Translations under genes and position numbers: made by a program
Shown here: positions 1 to 16,700 of the stretch, one piece after another
How the letters are laid out: every line of letters starts with the position of its first letter
Numbering within the stretch: the first letter of the stretch is position 1
Notes under the pieces: model-generated
What the model saw: the letters and a program-made list of their open reading frames with translations, nothing else
The model's database searches: none
What the model was told of the DNA's origin: nothing
NCBI RefSeq assembly: GCF_009914755.1
Contig: NC_060926.1
DNA: 64,000 bases
Reading direction: 5' to 3' (one strand)
From: the human T2T-CHM13v2.0 reference genome, Homo sapiens

Positions 1-512
1 TGCAGTGCATTTGTAAAATGCAGATTCCCGTGTGTGGACGTGATGTGCAGAGATGTCAAATGGGCATCAAGGTTCCTCCGGGCTTATTCTCGCTTCCTGG
101 ACCGACTTCTCTGCTGACTAGGAACACATAATTCACAAACAGCCGTGGTCCAGGGACCCCGCTCTAAGGAGCCTGGTCAAAGGCAAACTGTAACCAAGCA
201 GCAAGGTCCCCAAATTGCCATTTACCTCAGCACATCCAGCCACATCTGGTATTTCTGTTTTGCACAAAGGCCTGTAGGTCACATGTCAGTCACTTCATTC
301 CTACTGTAGGTGTACAATATCCACCCCCACTGCAGCCGTGACACAAAAGACAAAACGGCCACGCAGACGCACGCATGGGATTTCATACCCAAGGCCATGG
401 GACACAGACCAGCCCATTGACATAGCCCAGAGATGCTGGCAGTTTCCATTCTTCTAACACTAGCTAGGAATGCGGCTCAGGAGGGTAATCACTGTTTTGT
501 TTTCTTCTTTAG

Positions 513-1121
<609 letters not shown>

Positions 1122-1469
1122 TGAGTTTACAGTCCACTGCCAGCAGCAACCTTATTTCTAGAACCTCCTTCCCCCTTCTTGGAAAGTCAAGATGCTGGGT
1201 GGTGAGGTGACAATGTTGAGGAAATAATAAAATGGAAAGTCAGTTACGAAAATGTAAATAATAAAAACAAAAGGCGAGAAAGGGTAATAAACGCTGCTTT
1301 TCGGCTGCAAGCCTCTCTGAGGCTTTAGGTTACGTATATGTATATACTCTACCCAAGCATCTTTGGAATCGTCCCCAAACAACTATGGTATTTGTCTCAG
1401 CAGCTTCTGAGGTTGTCGACATATTTAGAACTAAAGTCACGCCCACTGATTCTTTCCTCTTGATGCTGA

Positions 1470-1805
<336 letters not shown>

Positions 1806-2129
1806 TGATCACCTCTCCACACTCTGGTATCCATTCATTGCCAAGCAAAGACATTGAGTGGGTTGTGCACAGATCTGATCCCTTGACTGCTTTTAGTAAT
1901 TCTGGGGAGGCGTCTGATCAGGCAGCTCATTGGACCAAGCAGCCGAAATGAAGTTTAGGGAGTGTTTGTGGTGTCTCCTACCTGCTCCCAGGCTGGGCTT
2001 CTGTGGTTCAGCTCAACCCTGCATGGTGGACTTCCTTTATCAGAGATCCCAAGCGAGCTCTTGTACTGTGCACACCACGGTCATGGGTCCCCTCTTCGGA
2101 TGAGTACATGCTAAGTACATGGAAGTTAG

Positions 2130-2273
<144 letters not shown>

Positions 2274-2754
2274 TGACCCCAAACTCCTCCACGGGTGTAC
2301 GCTACAATGTGGTGGGGGCTGCAGAGCCAGGCGATGTGCTGCGTCTCCCCAGAGAATCCGTTTTACTTAGGGATTGAGAGTGTAGGGTGGCAGATGGGGG
2401 TGGGAAGTTAAGTAATTTAATTGGCAACTAATTTTAAACATTTGCATGACAAAATTAACATGGATGCATATCCATTAGAATACAAAATCCAAGTGAATTT
2501 TAAGGATTAAAGGCAAAACTGCAAACCCGGGGTCATACCCTCATACCCCCAGAGCCCCTGGGGCTACACAATTAGGATTCTTCTGTTTTGAATCCCCTTT
2601 CATGCTGGTGAAAATATTTGAGCAGCTCAGTGTCAACAAAAATGTACCTCTGCACATATCAGGTAGCGTCCCCAACATGTGCCAGATCCTTCCAGAACAT
2701 CGGGATGTATGGCCCTGGCTATATGTAAAGTCACTGGCATGCACCACTCTGGTC

Positions 2755-3255
2755 ATCTATTGCCAGGTAGCAAACTACACCTAACTTAGTGGCCTAAAGC
2801 AACCACATGTATGAAGTTCATGGAGTCTGGGTCAGGAATTCAGAAAGGGCATCATGGGGATGGCACTTCTCTGCTCCTTGGTGTCGGGGATCTCGTGGGC
2901 CTAGGCTATGGAATGCACCCACCAGATGGTGTCTGCACATGAATGTCCAGCAGCCGGGCTGGGTGGCTGAGGGCTGGGCTCAGCTGAGGCCATCCGTCAT
3001 TGACTTGCATGGGCCTCTCAAGCCTTAGGCTTCTCCTGGCATGGTGGTGGACTCCAGGTTCCAAGAGGAGACACCTGGAGACGCAGGCAGGAACCATGCA
3101 GACCTCTGTGACCTAGCCACGGAAGTCATATAGTATCACCACTGCCATACCTCTTGGTCAAAGCAGCCCTGAGCTCACCCATGAAGAGGGATATAGACCT
3201 CCACTTCTAGACGGGAGAAGTACCCAGGAATTTTAGGGGCCACCTCCAGATAGTT
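2755..3255. mobile_element. Degenerate MLT1 (ERVL-MaLR) LTR
   Basis: Resembles MLT1 consensus motifs (AACTTAGTGGC, GGTCAGGAATTC, GAAGTCA..TCAC); boundaries approximate. Confidence 0.5.
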
Positions 3256-4406
3256 GCCAAACCCCTCCCACCCACACTTCACTGTCACTTTGGAGATGGA
3301 GTGAACGTGCCACCTTCCTGCTTGCTGTCTCCATAAAGGCTGTGCACACCCTGCTTGAGAAGCTTGGGCGATGCGTTTTATTTTCAAGTAGAATGTGGCA
3401 AAGACCACTTACTTTCTCTCCAGCCACCTCCAGATGCGCTTGCAAGCTGTGCCTGCCATTCTTCCAGACTCTCCTGTCCAGTGTGACTCACTTTGCCAAC
3501 AACGGAGGCCCAGAGTGCTTCTGTCTCCTCCCAGCTGCGCAGGGAAACAGAACCCAGACCAGCTTCTGGATCAGCCCTGTGCCTGGGATTTCTCACTGAA
3601 ACAAGGTCTCCTGGTGTCATTTCCTCCCAATGCTGTCCTGGGTGACACTTTCCATTTGAGCTGCTTTTTTATATAGGCCCTAGCAACTAGGGGCCGTGTC
3701 GGAATAACTTCAGACGAGTCCTTTCACTGTTCTTTAAAAAAAAAAAAAACCACTAGAAAACCACTAGCCCGTGAAGCAGAGTGTTTCATTTCTTGTTACT
3801 ATACATTGTCTCCCCCACCCACCCGAGTGATCAGGGAGCGCAGATGTGACTCAGCTCACTTCCCAGGAGTCTCTTAAAAGGTTCTGGGCAGAGGCTGGTG
3901 AAACTGCCCCAGTCCTCACTGCCTGGATGAGTTCATGGACAAACATGCATGGCGTGTCTGTCCATCTGCATTAGCGCTGAGCAGAAAAGATACGGACGCA
4001 CAGCAGCTCATGGTAGCAGTCCACGCACGTCGTCCTGCTTGATGACACCGCTAAGAATTAATCCATTTGGGAGGAGAGCAACCAAATCCACCCAGGGCGG
4101 AGTCCAGGACAGCAGGCAAGGGAAGGGAAGTAGAGCTGAGCTACCAGGCTTGGGCAGGTAGCAGCAGCCTGGCAGAGCACACTGTGGTGGGGTGGAAGCC
4201 TGCACCAGTTGTGCAGGGGCTCTGCCCTTGTGCCCTGCGTAGGAAGCAGTGCAGCCAGGGAACAGACACCTATACTTTCTAGAACTCTTGACTTGGAGCT
4301 GTTCACCCCAGTGCGGAACGCAGAGAACCCACCGGACCAAGAGACCACATCCCTGTCCCCTGGAATGGCAGAAGCAGTGGTAACAAAGCCCCTTTCTCTC
4401 CCACAG

Positions 4407-4496
4407 GCCCCTCTGCCTTCCCCATCGTCCTGCGACCTCACACAGCAGCTCCTGCCTCAGACCGTTCTGCAGAGCACGCCCGCTCCCATGGCACAG
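4407..4496 (+). CDS. NPAS2: NPAS2 coding exon 15, [10 protein letters not shown]...PMAQ
   Basis: ccacag|GCC, CAG|gtgagt; 90 nt in frame. Confidence 0.95.
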
Positions 4497-4704
4497 GTGA
4501 GTCTGGGACCCAGGAAAGGGCAGCCCCTCTCAAGCCAGAAGTCCGCAGTGTGCTGCGCTGATGGTCTTGTACACTTAGGTCCCAACCAAGGCCCTGACGT
4601 GGGGGAATGTCCCTCCCAATGTGTGTGTGGCCTGTGTCGAGCCATGAGGTTCCCCCCACACCCACCCTCTCGTCTCCAAGTTCTTTTTTCCAGTGTCTGG
4701 GGTT

Positions 4705-5020
4705 TTCTTTTTTTAAATTTCAGTAGTTTTGAGGGAACAGGTGGTGTTTGATTGTATGGATAAGTTCTTTAGGGGTGATTTCTGAGATTTGTGTACCTGT
4801 CACCCGAGCAGTGTACACTGTACCCAATATGTAGTCCTTTATGCCTCACATCCCCCCACCCTTGCCCCACCAGTCCCAAAGTCCATCATTTCATTCTTAT
4901 GCCTTTGTGACCTCATAGTTTAGCTCCCACTTAGAAGTGAAAACATACGATATTTGGTTTTCCATTTCTGAGTTGCTTCATTTAGAATAATGACCTCCAG
5001 CTCCATCCAAGTTGCTGCAG
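4705..5020 (-). mobile_element. L1 3' end fragment (L1PB-like)
   Basis: Antisense L1 3' UTR sequence with T-rich tail. Confidence 0.75.
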
Positions 5021-6177
5021 AAGTCCAGAGTCTGTTTTTTTAATTCTTTTAACAGTCTCTGTTCACCTCTTTGCCACTTTTCCACATTCCTCTTGTTCTT
5101 TACGACTCCAAATTGGCCATGGTATTTTAGAAAAGGTCTGAATTGGGCTGCATGTCATAGAAAGACTGAAAGGATCTAAAAGCCGTGAGTCCAGCACTAT
5201 AAATATCACATTTGTTTAAAAAAAAAGAAAGAAAGAAAGAAAGAAAGAAAAGAAAAGGATTACGGCTTTGCTGAGTAATTCCATCCTTGTTTCAACAACA
5301 TTCGGTGAGTTACTATTTGGGTCAGTCAGTGAGCGAGGTGTTAGGGATGTAAAGATGTAAGTCAGCCCTTGCTTTTAGTTCTCAGAACTAAAGGGAGAGA
5401 CAGGCATGTAAACAGAGACGCCGCCGTGGCAGGGCATGCGTTTTTATAGAACCGTGAAGGAAATATTCTACCCAGGGAAGTCTGACGTGGCTTCCTGGAG
5501 GAGGTGACGCTTGAGTTGGCCCCGGAAAGGTGGGTAGGAGGTTGCCAGATGGTTTGGCAGGGGGACAGCAGGGATGTGCTTCAGCAGGGAGTTCTGAACA
5601 CGGGGAGTGACAAACCCTGCCCAGGCCTGAGCTCTGACTTCAGTTCCCTCATAGGAGACTTAGCTCTGCCCAGACCATGGCCACAGGCTAGAGCTGCGTC
5701 CCAGACGGCAGTTCAGCAGCAGGTGCCCCTCTCTGTCTTGGCACACATCTGTCACCACTGATGAAAACTATTTCGGAACATATGCCCTCTTAGTGGGGGT
5801 CTCTCATGCATTCCTGGAGTAAGACACATGCTAACGCGTGCTGCTTGCCAGAGTCAGGCTTGAAGATTGGTGTAAAAAAGCTACCCTTCTGGAATCTACT
5901 CATTAAAACTGCCTATATTCACCCTCATTAGGCCAAAAGAAAAAAAAACCTGAATACTGTTTTTCTCTTTAAATTTCCAAGGCCTATTTGGTAAGAAATT
6001 AGTAACCTTTTAATCCAAAGGGGCATAAAATGAAAATGTCTTTAACTTCTGGGTCTTGCATTATGAAGAATGTCTGTGTTTACAAGACACGATGGTGTGA
6101 TGCAGTCTCTTTTGGAATTCTGATTTTTCATTTATTGAACTTCTTAGTCTGTCATGTGTACTATATTTAATAATAAC

Positions 6178-6695
<518 letters not shown>

Positions 6696-7134
6696 TGAGG
6701 AGCGGTTATCTGGGTAACTGGTGGTTTTCCAAAAAAGCCTCTTTCTTCATACTATGGTTCTAAAATGTCTTTAAATTAGAGTAGCTCTCTTTATCAAAAA
6801 CATCACCATCAAGAAGGTAAGGAGGGCCTAATGATGGGGTGTCTGGGAGGCCTTGAAAAAATCCGAATAACGTGAGAGGCAGCCACCACCTCCTAACCCA
6901 GCCCATCGCCACTCCCTTTCCAAGCCAACTGGGCACCGATGAGCCGCCTCCACTGCAGGTGGAAGGGGCAACGCTGAGTTTCCCGACTTCGTAGAACCTG
7001 CCAGAGAAGCTTTTGTGTTTCGTTAAATACTTGGAATAGCTCGTTTGCTTTCTCCGTTGAATTCCCTTTCAAAATCCTCACAGAGTGGTCTGATTAGTCA
7101 CAATCTGACTGGGATTTTTGTGAGTCTGGGATAG

Positions 7135-7467
<333 letters not shown>

Positions 7468-8888
7468 CAGCACAGGTATTTTTAAATGCATGGGTAGCAA
7501 CAGAACCTTCCTTTTAAAGGAAGTCTGAGGTCAAAGCCACTCTGGTCAAGATGGGAGTGTCTTGTGGGCAAAACTTCTTGGCCTTGCTCAGCTCCTAAGA
7601 CTTGGGATTTACATGTTGGTGCTGCCACCATCTCGCTGTGTGATTTCCAGCAGGGTGCAGCCTCTTGGGGTGGCATGGGCTCGTCGTGAAGCACAACACA
7701 CGTACCTCTACTTGCCTGGGGCAGCAGCTGGCACCTGAGGGTCTCTGCACATGTCAGCACCTGCTATTCTTACTCTTACTGGTTCTTTTTATTATTATTT
7801 TGCTGCTTCAAAAGCTATGCTTTCAGTTATTTCATCCTGTTTCTCAACTCTCCTGCTCTCCTTGCCTCCCTGTGTCTGGGAGGTCAAAGGGCAGAGGAAA
7901 AGAGAGAGGCCCTGGGGGCATTTGCAAAAGACAGCGGGCAGGAAACAGACTAGGGAGATTGTTGGGCTAGAGATTGAGGGAGTGGAGGTTAAATCATGGT
8001 AAAAAGGGAGAAAGAGAAAAACAGAATGAATCTAGCAAACTCATTTGCCTCAAGATATGGGAGTCATAGCCCCGAAGAGCCCAGAGCAGGGGCTGCAGGC
8101 CCCTCCTGCCATCCCTCCCAAACAGTGTTTCCTGGAAGCGGAGGAGCCTGTGTTGAGGGAGACGGGACAGGAGGCAGAGACTACCTGCAAGTTTCCTAAG
8201 GCCAGCCTCCTTCCCCAGAAAGGATTAAGGGTCCAAAGGAAGGGGAGACCCAAAACAATCACCGTGTCTTTACCCCGAGGTCAGTCACACTGGAGAGGGG
8301 GCCCTCGGGGCAAAGACTGGGTGATTGTTTTGTTCGTTTTTTGCACAGATTTCCGAGACGTGCATAGTAGCAAGTAAGGCTGGAGAGGGGAGGGTGAGGG
8401 GGAATGAAAAGTTCTTGATGATCCCAGGCTGTTTTGGAGAGAGCCAGGATCAGATTTAGGATAACGACCGGACCCAAAAATGCCTGTGAAGCTGTCACGT
8501 ACAAACTGCTATGCCCTAAATGAGGGGGAAAAGGGACTCTCTGATGTCCTGCTTTTGACATTCATCTCCAGAACCATTTGTTCATCTCTCTAAATTTGGA
8601 ATATCAGTTTGTGAACATTGCTTACAAAATCCTGTCCCAATTCTGTGGCCCTCCCGGACTGCAGGGCAGTAAGTCAGGTCTGCAGATTCAGGTGGGCCTG
8701 CTGTCATAGCCAGCCTGAGAAAGACTGGTGCAGGGGCCCCCAGGATGCCCAGACCTCATCTGCAGCCCCTGTTCACTGCCCAGGACCCAGCCGTGGGCTC
8801 CTTAGGGATGCTGGGAAAGACGGCTAAGGGACGGAAATGAAGTGTACAGACCGAGCAGCAGCAAGATCTGCCTGCAAGGCTGAAATAA

Positions 8889-9170
<282 letters not shown>

Positions 9171-11809
9171 TGAACTGCCCTGCCAAGCCCCATTTGCTTA
9201 TGAAAGCATATTGCAGTCTCTGCAAAGGACAAGGAACAAATCCCGGTCCCCATCCCTGCCTCCAGGCCACACCCCTGATGTCCTCTTCCCTCGCCCCTCA
9301 CTCTGACAGGCACATCTGCTCACTGCCTCCACCTACGTTTGCACTTGTGCACTTGGCGTTGGATTGCCCTGCATGGATGCCTGCCTCGGTCCTGGGTAGT
9401 ACCTCCCTGCACCTCTATAACTTTGCTTTCCTAGCTCCCAGCCCAGGCTGCCATCAGGAGGAGATGGAAGCAGCTCTGTTGTTTCTCATCCAACGCAGGC
9501 ATCCAGGGAGATGTGGGAAATGATGATATCCATATCACAGCCTACTGGAGACTGCAGAGGGAGCTGGGTGGCTCCCCATTTGTGGTGTGCCAGCAGGGAA
9601 GCTCTGCAAAGCCTAGCAGCAGCAGCTCTCACTGTGACCCCCAGATATTAGAATTGTTTGGAGAGGTGTTGTTTTGTTTTGTTTTTTGTTTTGTTTTGGA
9701 GGAAAACCTTTACATATTGGATCTCTTTTAATAATATATAATGTTTTACTTACATTAGTCCAGGACTGTGTATCTTCAGAAGTGCCTGATTCTGACCCAG
9801 CCTTTGATTGTAAATGTAACTCTAGCTAACCTTGGCGTCTGCCCTGGGAGCACTAAGCATTTGGAGACCCTTAGAAGGGACAGAAAGAAGCAGAAATAAC
9901 ATCTCTGCTGGAGCACTGTCCCTGTTGCTTCCCCCATCACCATCTACGCAGACCCTCCCCTGGCCACACAGCTTCTGAAGTGCAGCCACACCTACCATAG
10001 GTGACAGGCGGGTTCTGTCGGGGCACAGCGCCGTGAGCCGGTGCACGCTGAGATTAATACACAGTGGTGCAGGTGTCTGGGGGCTTAGGGAGATGCTCAT
10101 TTGGCCATCCTGCCTCGCTGAGGTCCCAGCAGCTCCGCCTGGCCCTCAGGGGCACTCCTGGTGGCTTTCTAGATGCTCACTGTCCCTCCCCTTCCTGCCC
10201 CTGCACAGGCCTCTCAGAGGTGGCTGCTCACCTTAAAGAGAAGAGCCCCGCCCTGGACAGGCCACCTCCCCACCTGCTCCCCTCAAGACACGGCGTGTGC
10301 GCCTTGAGCAGGCTTCACTCAGACAGCCTGGGCCATGCCAGAGCCCTGCTGCTCTCCCCACCTCCTCAGTGCACCCTTAAATTGACCAGAAAAAGGCTCG
10401 GCCTTCTCGTGAAAAGAAATGGAGTCACCGAGCTGCCATTCCACCTTTTACCAGAATAGGTAAAAAGTGGCTTTTGACTTACGCCTTCCCAGCTGGAATA
10501 TTTTTCTCACTGATCCAGGGCCTGACTGGGAGCCCAATGCTTGCCTGACTCCAATTACTTTAATGGAATTTTTACACTAACAGGAAGGGGGAAATCGAGC
10601 CAGAAACTGCTAAAATTGAGGTAGGCGTATGAACATCCCCCTCAGTGCCTGGAGTTTTTCTACTTCCTGCCTTTTCTGAATTTTAAAATAACAGGCAGCA
10701 AGGTTATCGCTTTCACTCCTGTTATAACAAAGTATTTTTCCTCCTTGTGACCTATGCCTTTGGTTAACCCCAAAGTACCTATGCCACAGTGCACTGAGGG
10801 ATGTTCTGAGCCGGCCGGCATGGGAATTGCACCCTCCGGTGCCTTCCTGCCCTGTGTTCATTCCTGAGGCCTTATCTTTGCAGTGGAATTTTCCAGAGAT
10901 CATGGAAATCCACAGATAGTCGAGACAGAGGATATTTCCTCAAGGAGCCTGCCTTGTTTTTTTGTAAGACTTAAAGAAATATGTTCCAAAATGTGATATT
11001 TGTTTTTTTTAAACTAAACTGTGTGATTCAAGTGTGAAGAATAAGCAAGTAGAAATGACTCCAGCCCACCCCCAAAAGTAGAGGGATAGATAAAATAAGA
11101 ATGACAAAACACTGATGATTGTTGAAGCCTAATGGTGATGCCAAGGTTTCATTATATTACTTGTCTATTTTGTATACTTCTAAAATGTCCTGTAATGACA
11201 AGTATTTGTAGAAATAAGCAGATAACACTAATGAAAAATCATCTGTGAGTGTAGGATTGGTTTGTTCTTGAAAATTAGAAGTTGTTGGTTTGTTTTCTCT
11301 GATAACTTTTCCCACTTGGAGAACTTTTTTTTTTTTTTATGTTTTCTATAAAGTTGACCTCAGAGCCCTTTTAAGTCACCATCTCCTTAAGCCACAAAAT
11401 TCTACTTTATTGTTGATAAACAGAAGTACGGCTGTGCCCAGCAGCAAACCAGGAACCAGTCCCCCACCCAGTGGCCTTTATCCCAACCTCAGTGGACTTG
11501 TGATGCTTTACTTCATTGCTTCAAAACTTTCGTCGAGGCTATATGTGCCTGTGATGCTTACTATTTTTTTTTTTCAAAAAAACCTTGGGTTATGAGGAAG
11601 AAGTCCTGAAGGGCTGTTGGTGTTTGCACCTGGATGGGGTCATGAAAATGGGGCTACCTGGACAAGAGCTGTTGTGCTGAAAGGCCCATCGCCCCCTCCA
11701 AGGCTGCCTCTTGCTCTTTTTGAGAGCATGCGCGCCCTCTGCTGGCTGCTCAAAGGAATGCCTAGAAGGACACCTGTAGCAATGGCAAATGACGTGTTCC
11801 TCAACTGGT

Positions 11810-12060
11810 TCATCCATCCATCTATCCATCCTTCCTTCCATCCAGCCATCATCTATCCATCCTTCCATCCGTCCTTCCTTCCTTCCATCCAGCCATCATC
11901 TATCCATCCTTCCATCCAGCCATCATCTGTCCATCCTTCCATCCGTCCTTCCATCCAGCCGCCATCTGTCCATCCTTTCTTCTGGCCACCCTCCCTTCTA
12001 TACATCCTTCTGCCCGTCCTTTCTTCCTTCCATCCATCCTTTAGTCCATCCATCCATCTG
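11810..12060. repeat. (CCAT/CCTT)n simple repeat with a 27-bp higher-order unit
   Basis: About 4 copies of CCTTCCATCCAGCCATCATCTRTCCAT. Confidence 0.9.
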
Positions 12061-13603
12061 ACAGACACCCTTTATTTACCAGGCACGTGGTTAAGCACTG
12101 TGAGGATACAGAAAGATAAACAGGGCAGGGTTTCTACTGTCAGAGGATATACATCGATGGGACAGAGTAGCACACCTTGCTGTTACAGTCTGTTACATAA
12201 ATAACACCAGCAGACATAGTTTGCCCTTCTCTGAGTGAAAGCACCATTCATATGTTTATTCATTCATACATGCATTTATTCCATTCATTCATTTATCAAA
12301 CAGTTTTTATATGCCCAAAGAGGCGAAGGAGGAAAAAGCTCCTTTTTTCATTTTGAATGTTATTATCTGACATTCATTCAGTACTTACTATGTCTCAGGT
12401 CATTTATATGCATTAACTTCATTTAGTCCTTAATAAGATATATGCTCTTAATGTCACTATTTTTTTTTAATGTCACTATTTTTTACTAATGAGGAAACTA
12501 AGGCTTTGAAAAGTTATTAAAATTGCCGAAGGCCATACTGCTAGTAAATGGTAGGGTGGGAATTTGAGCTAAGATAGGTCTGCTTTAAGGTAAATTATAC
12601 TGCCTCTCATCAATAAAGGTTGGATTTATTCAAACTCTAATCAAAAGGTAAATTGTGTCCTACCAGAAAAACGCATGGTAATTGGGTTTGACTACTAGGT
12701 TTTTGCTGAAGTGATGAAGTATAGGTTGCCCTATGTGCTATAAATGAGTCTTATTTTAATAGGGAGCTGGGATTGCATGAAACATGAATCCTCAAAATGT
12801 GTAAAATGATGGATACCCAGAAAATTCTTCTTAATTTCTAAAGTGACAAGGAGTCCTCATTTCAAAACTGCAGGCTTCTCTGTGGTGGGTGGGGCATGAG
12901 AGGAGTTTGGGGAGGTCCCGTGGGATGGTAGAAAGATCAGAACCCAGCCCCAGCTCAGCCACCTGCCCATCTCGGGCCTCTGGTAAGTGGCTCGACCCCA
13001 CCCATGAAACAGATGCTTGAGCGAACTGATCCGTAAGTCTCCCCAGCGCGCCTGCATGGTGGGATCCTCGCCTGCCTCTCCAAACCTGCGCTGACACTCA
13101 GCAGATGTCAGCCTGTCGGTCCTGTACTGCATATGAGGTGGGACTGCACTGAGTACAGGAATGGGGTGAAAAACGTCAGATGCTGGGAGCCAGAGAGCCT
13201 TCCCCCTAAAGAACTCCAGGCTAAGGGCCTGATGGACTGGAACAGTGTATGTTGAGAATCATGATAGACACAGTGCCATCTGATGTTTTTAATACCCAAG
13301 AGGTACTTTTGTTTAAAAAGCCAGTTTCAGGTCTGTCATTAAATTATTATTAAAATTACAAAAGTTGTCTTTCTTAAAACTTTAGAGTCAACTGACAGAT
13401 TCCGTTTTATTTATGAATCTACTAATTTGGTCTAAAAAGAGCAATGCTCTAACTAGATTTTTATTTATGTTCAATTAGTTGATAGGTTGATTGTGAATAA
13501 TCAACATTATCTACCAAAACTATTCATTTACACATTTAATTTATCTGAATCTTTCAAGCATTTTATGTACCTAACAAGGCAGACTTATAAAGCTAAGAAG
13601 TAA

Positions 13604-13945
<342 letters not shown>

Positions 13946-14667
13946 TAAATCAAATACACCAAACTTATTTGAACTAAATCAGGATTCTCAAGAACACCTC
14001 AAATTCTCTTAAATCTTTCAAATTAAAACCACCAAGCTAATATCCCATGGCCTTTTAAATGTCTCTGAGACACCTTAGGTAACAAAACACAGAGATGATC
14101 ATGATGATTACAAAACTTGAACATAATTTTAAAGTGCATGGACTTAATGTTATGTGATCATATCCATGTTATTGGCCTGCCTGGGTATGTGGTTCCTTAA
14201 TTAATGACAGATCTGCCATCTCAGCTGAGAGCACTGGATTGAAAATTCTCAACAGTAATGTGGGTACAGACACGAGTCACTGGTCAGAGATTCAAGGGCA
14301 AACACAGAGCCTGGTCCTACTGCGAGGGCAATGTGGCCCATGCCACAGGTGAGCCATCCCTCTGCCCCTATATCATGAGGCAATATTATCATGACTGCAT
14401 CATGCATTCCACTCACCAGGTATTTCTCCCTTCTAGGAAGAAGCTGGTAAGCCAACCTCGACTCTAAACAAGTACATCACATTATTTAGAGAACATCTGG
14501 GTCTAAACAGCTTTCACATTGTTAGGCCTCAGTCACTTGCCTGTAACCTTCATGAAGGCAGAGAGAGTGTCTCTCCAGCCCATGGCTCTGTGGCCAGTGC
14601 CTGACACTGAGCTTGGGGCATCACAGGTGCTCCATGTCCACCAGTGGAGTAAATGAACTATTTCTAG

Positions 14668-15009
<342 letters not shown>

Positions 15010-15411
15010 TAGAGCAGACACCCTCTTGCAGTTTGGGACATACTTGATTCCTGCAGCCTACGTGAACTGAGGCCTACTGCCCTGTTCCGTTATGGACTGA
15101 GGGTAGATTTGGGAGTGAGCCTTCTTTTCCTTCTTCTGTTAAAGTCACTTTGAAACCCCAAGTTGTATTGGCTTCCTTCTGTGTTTTATAAATGTCCACC
15201 TCAGTCCCTTGCTCTCGTGCTTAAAGATATCACTCGGCTGAAATGTTCACCTTTGATGCTGACTTAGGGTTGGAGGCAGATATGGCCATCCCAGAGACCC
15301 ACTGGCAGCTGAATGTCCCAACACTCAACGTCCATGGTCCCCGCCATCTACTCTGGTTTTAACCATTACCCACATGAGCAGCCACTGCTGTTCACTGTCC
15401 CTTGCCCCAGG

Positions 15412-15708
15412 TGCCCCCTGCTCCTCCAGGCGCCCCCTGCTCCTCCAGGCCCCCACTGCTCCTCCAGGTCTCCCTGCTCCTCCAGGCCCCCATTGCTCCT
15501 CCAGGTCTCCCTGCTCCTCCAGGTCCCCCTGCTCCTCCAGGCCCCCACTGCTCCTCCAGGCCTCTCTGCTCCTCCAGGCGCCCCCTGCCCCTCCAGGCCC
15601 CCACTGTTCCTCCAGGTCCCCCTGCTCCTCCAGGCCTCCCTGTTCCTCCAGGCGCCCCCTGCTCCTCCAGGCCCCCCTGCTCCTCCAGGCCCCCACTGCT
15701 CCTCCAGG
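15412..15708. repeat. GC-rich minisatellite, 16 units of 18-19 bp, consensus (Y)CCCCCTGCTCCTCCAGG
   Basis: Counted 9x19 + 7x18 = 297 bp. Confidence 0.95.
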
Positions 15709-16309
15709 CCCCCCAGACTCTTTGCCAAACCCTTGTAGCCATTTCCACCTATTCCAAGCCACCAGTGACCTTGCAATTGGACAAAATCGCCAGCAGATAA
15801 ATGGCACTCAAATGGAATGGAATTCAGAAGTCTGGAGCAGGGCTTCTGGAGGATAACAGATGGGAAGGCAGCCTTTCCTCCAGCCTCACATTCCCATGCC
15901 CTCGTGGCTTTGGTAAAGTCAGCTGAGCTCCTGGAATTCACCAAGACCCAGGGGAACAATGATGAGCAAGAGTTGTCCTGGGCCTCGAGGAGCCTGTAGT
16001 CCAGTAGAGAATCTGGGAACTTAGATAACCTGCAGTACAATACAGATAAACACACATATGGAAGTGTTTAGGCCATCTTTCTTCAAATGTAAGGGTTTTG
16101 CTTGAAAATACAGCCTTTTGATTTAAAAGGTCATCAGAAAAATAGGTGAGAAGAGCTAAGAAAATTTTGGAAAAGAGAAAACTGAGGAAGGATTTATACT
16201 ATCTGATATTGGAAAATTTTGTAAAAACTAAGAATGAGAGCACTGTGTTATCGGATGAATGGACAATCAGTGAAATAGACAGAAAACCCAAAGCAGGTGC
16301 AAGCCCACT

Positions 16310-16700
16310 TCCTCACTCATTTATTATTTCACTCAGCTCCCTGCGTGCCAGGCACTAAATTCTGAGCACTGAGGGAAAGCAGTGAACAAAAAAGAAAAAA
16401 GAATTTCTGTTCCAAGTGAGGAGAGAGACGAACATGTGAAAATTATAGTATGTGCAATGGTACAGGAATGCTGGTGAGGGCCAGGAATGGCTGGAGGTGT
16501 AAAGAGGTAGCCAGGTAAGGCCTTTTGAAGAAGATAATATTTGAGTCAAGACCTGAGGGGGTGAAAGAATGAGCCATGTCAATGTCAGGGGAAGAGCATT
16601 CTACAGAGCAGTCAGCTCGTGCAAAGGCCCTAGGGCAGGAGTAGGCCTGGTGAGTTGGAGAAACAGCCAGGAGGGCCATGTGTCTGCAGTAGAATTTGAA
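16310..16700. mobile_element. L2-like fragment
   Basis: CATTTATT..GTGCCAGGCACT..GCAGTGAACAA and TGCAAAGGCCCT motifs typical of L2 3' regions. Confidence 0.55.

Noticed and set aside
11590-12204. HPS/WMDG-repeat ORFs
   Set aside because: Translations of the (CCAT)n simple repeat.
15412-15708. CRISPR-like array or PRDM9 hotspot motif
   Set aside because: No unique spacers, eukaryotic context, and the unit I tested does not fit CCNCCNTNNCCNC.
15313-16055. Six overlapping 118-229 aa ORFs, some collagen-like (PPGPPAPPG)
   Set aside because: They arise from the stop-free minisatellite; the 18/19-nt units cycle the frame, and there is no start or splice context.
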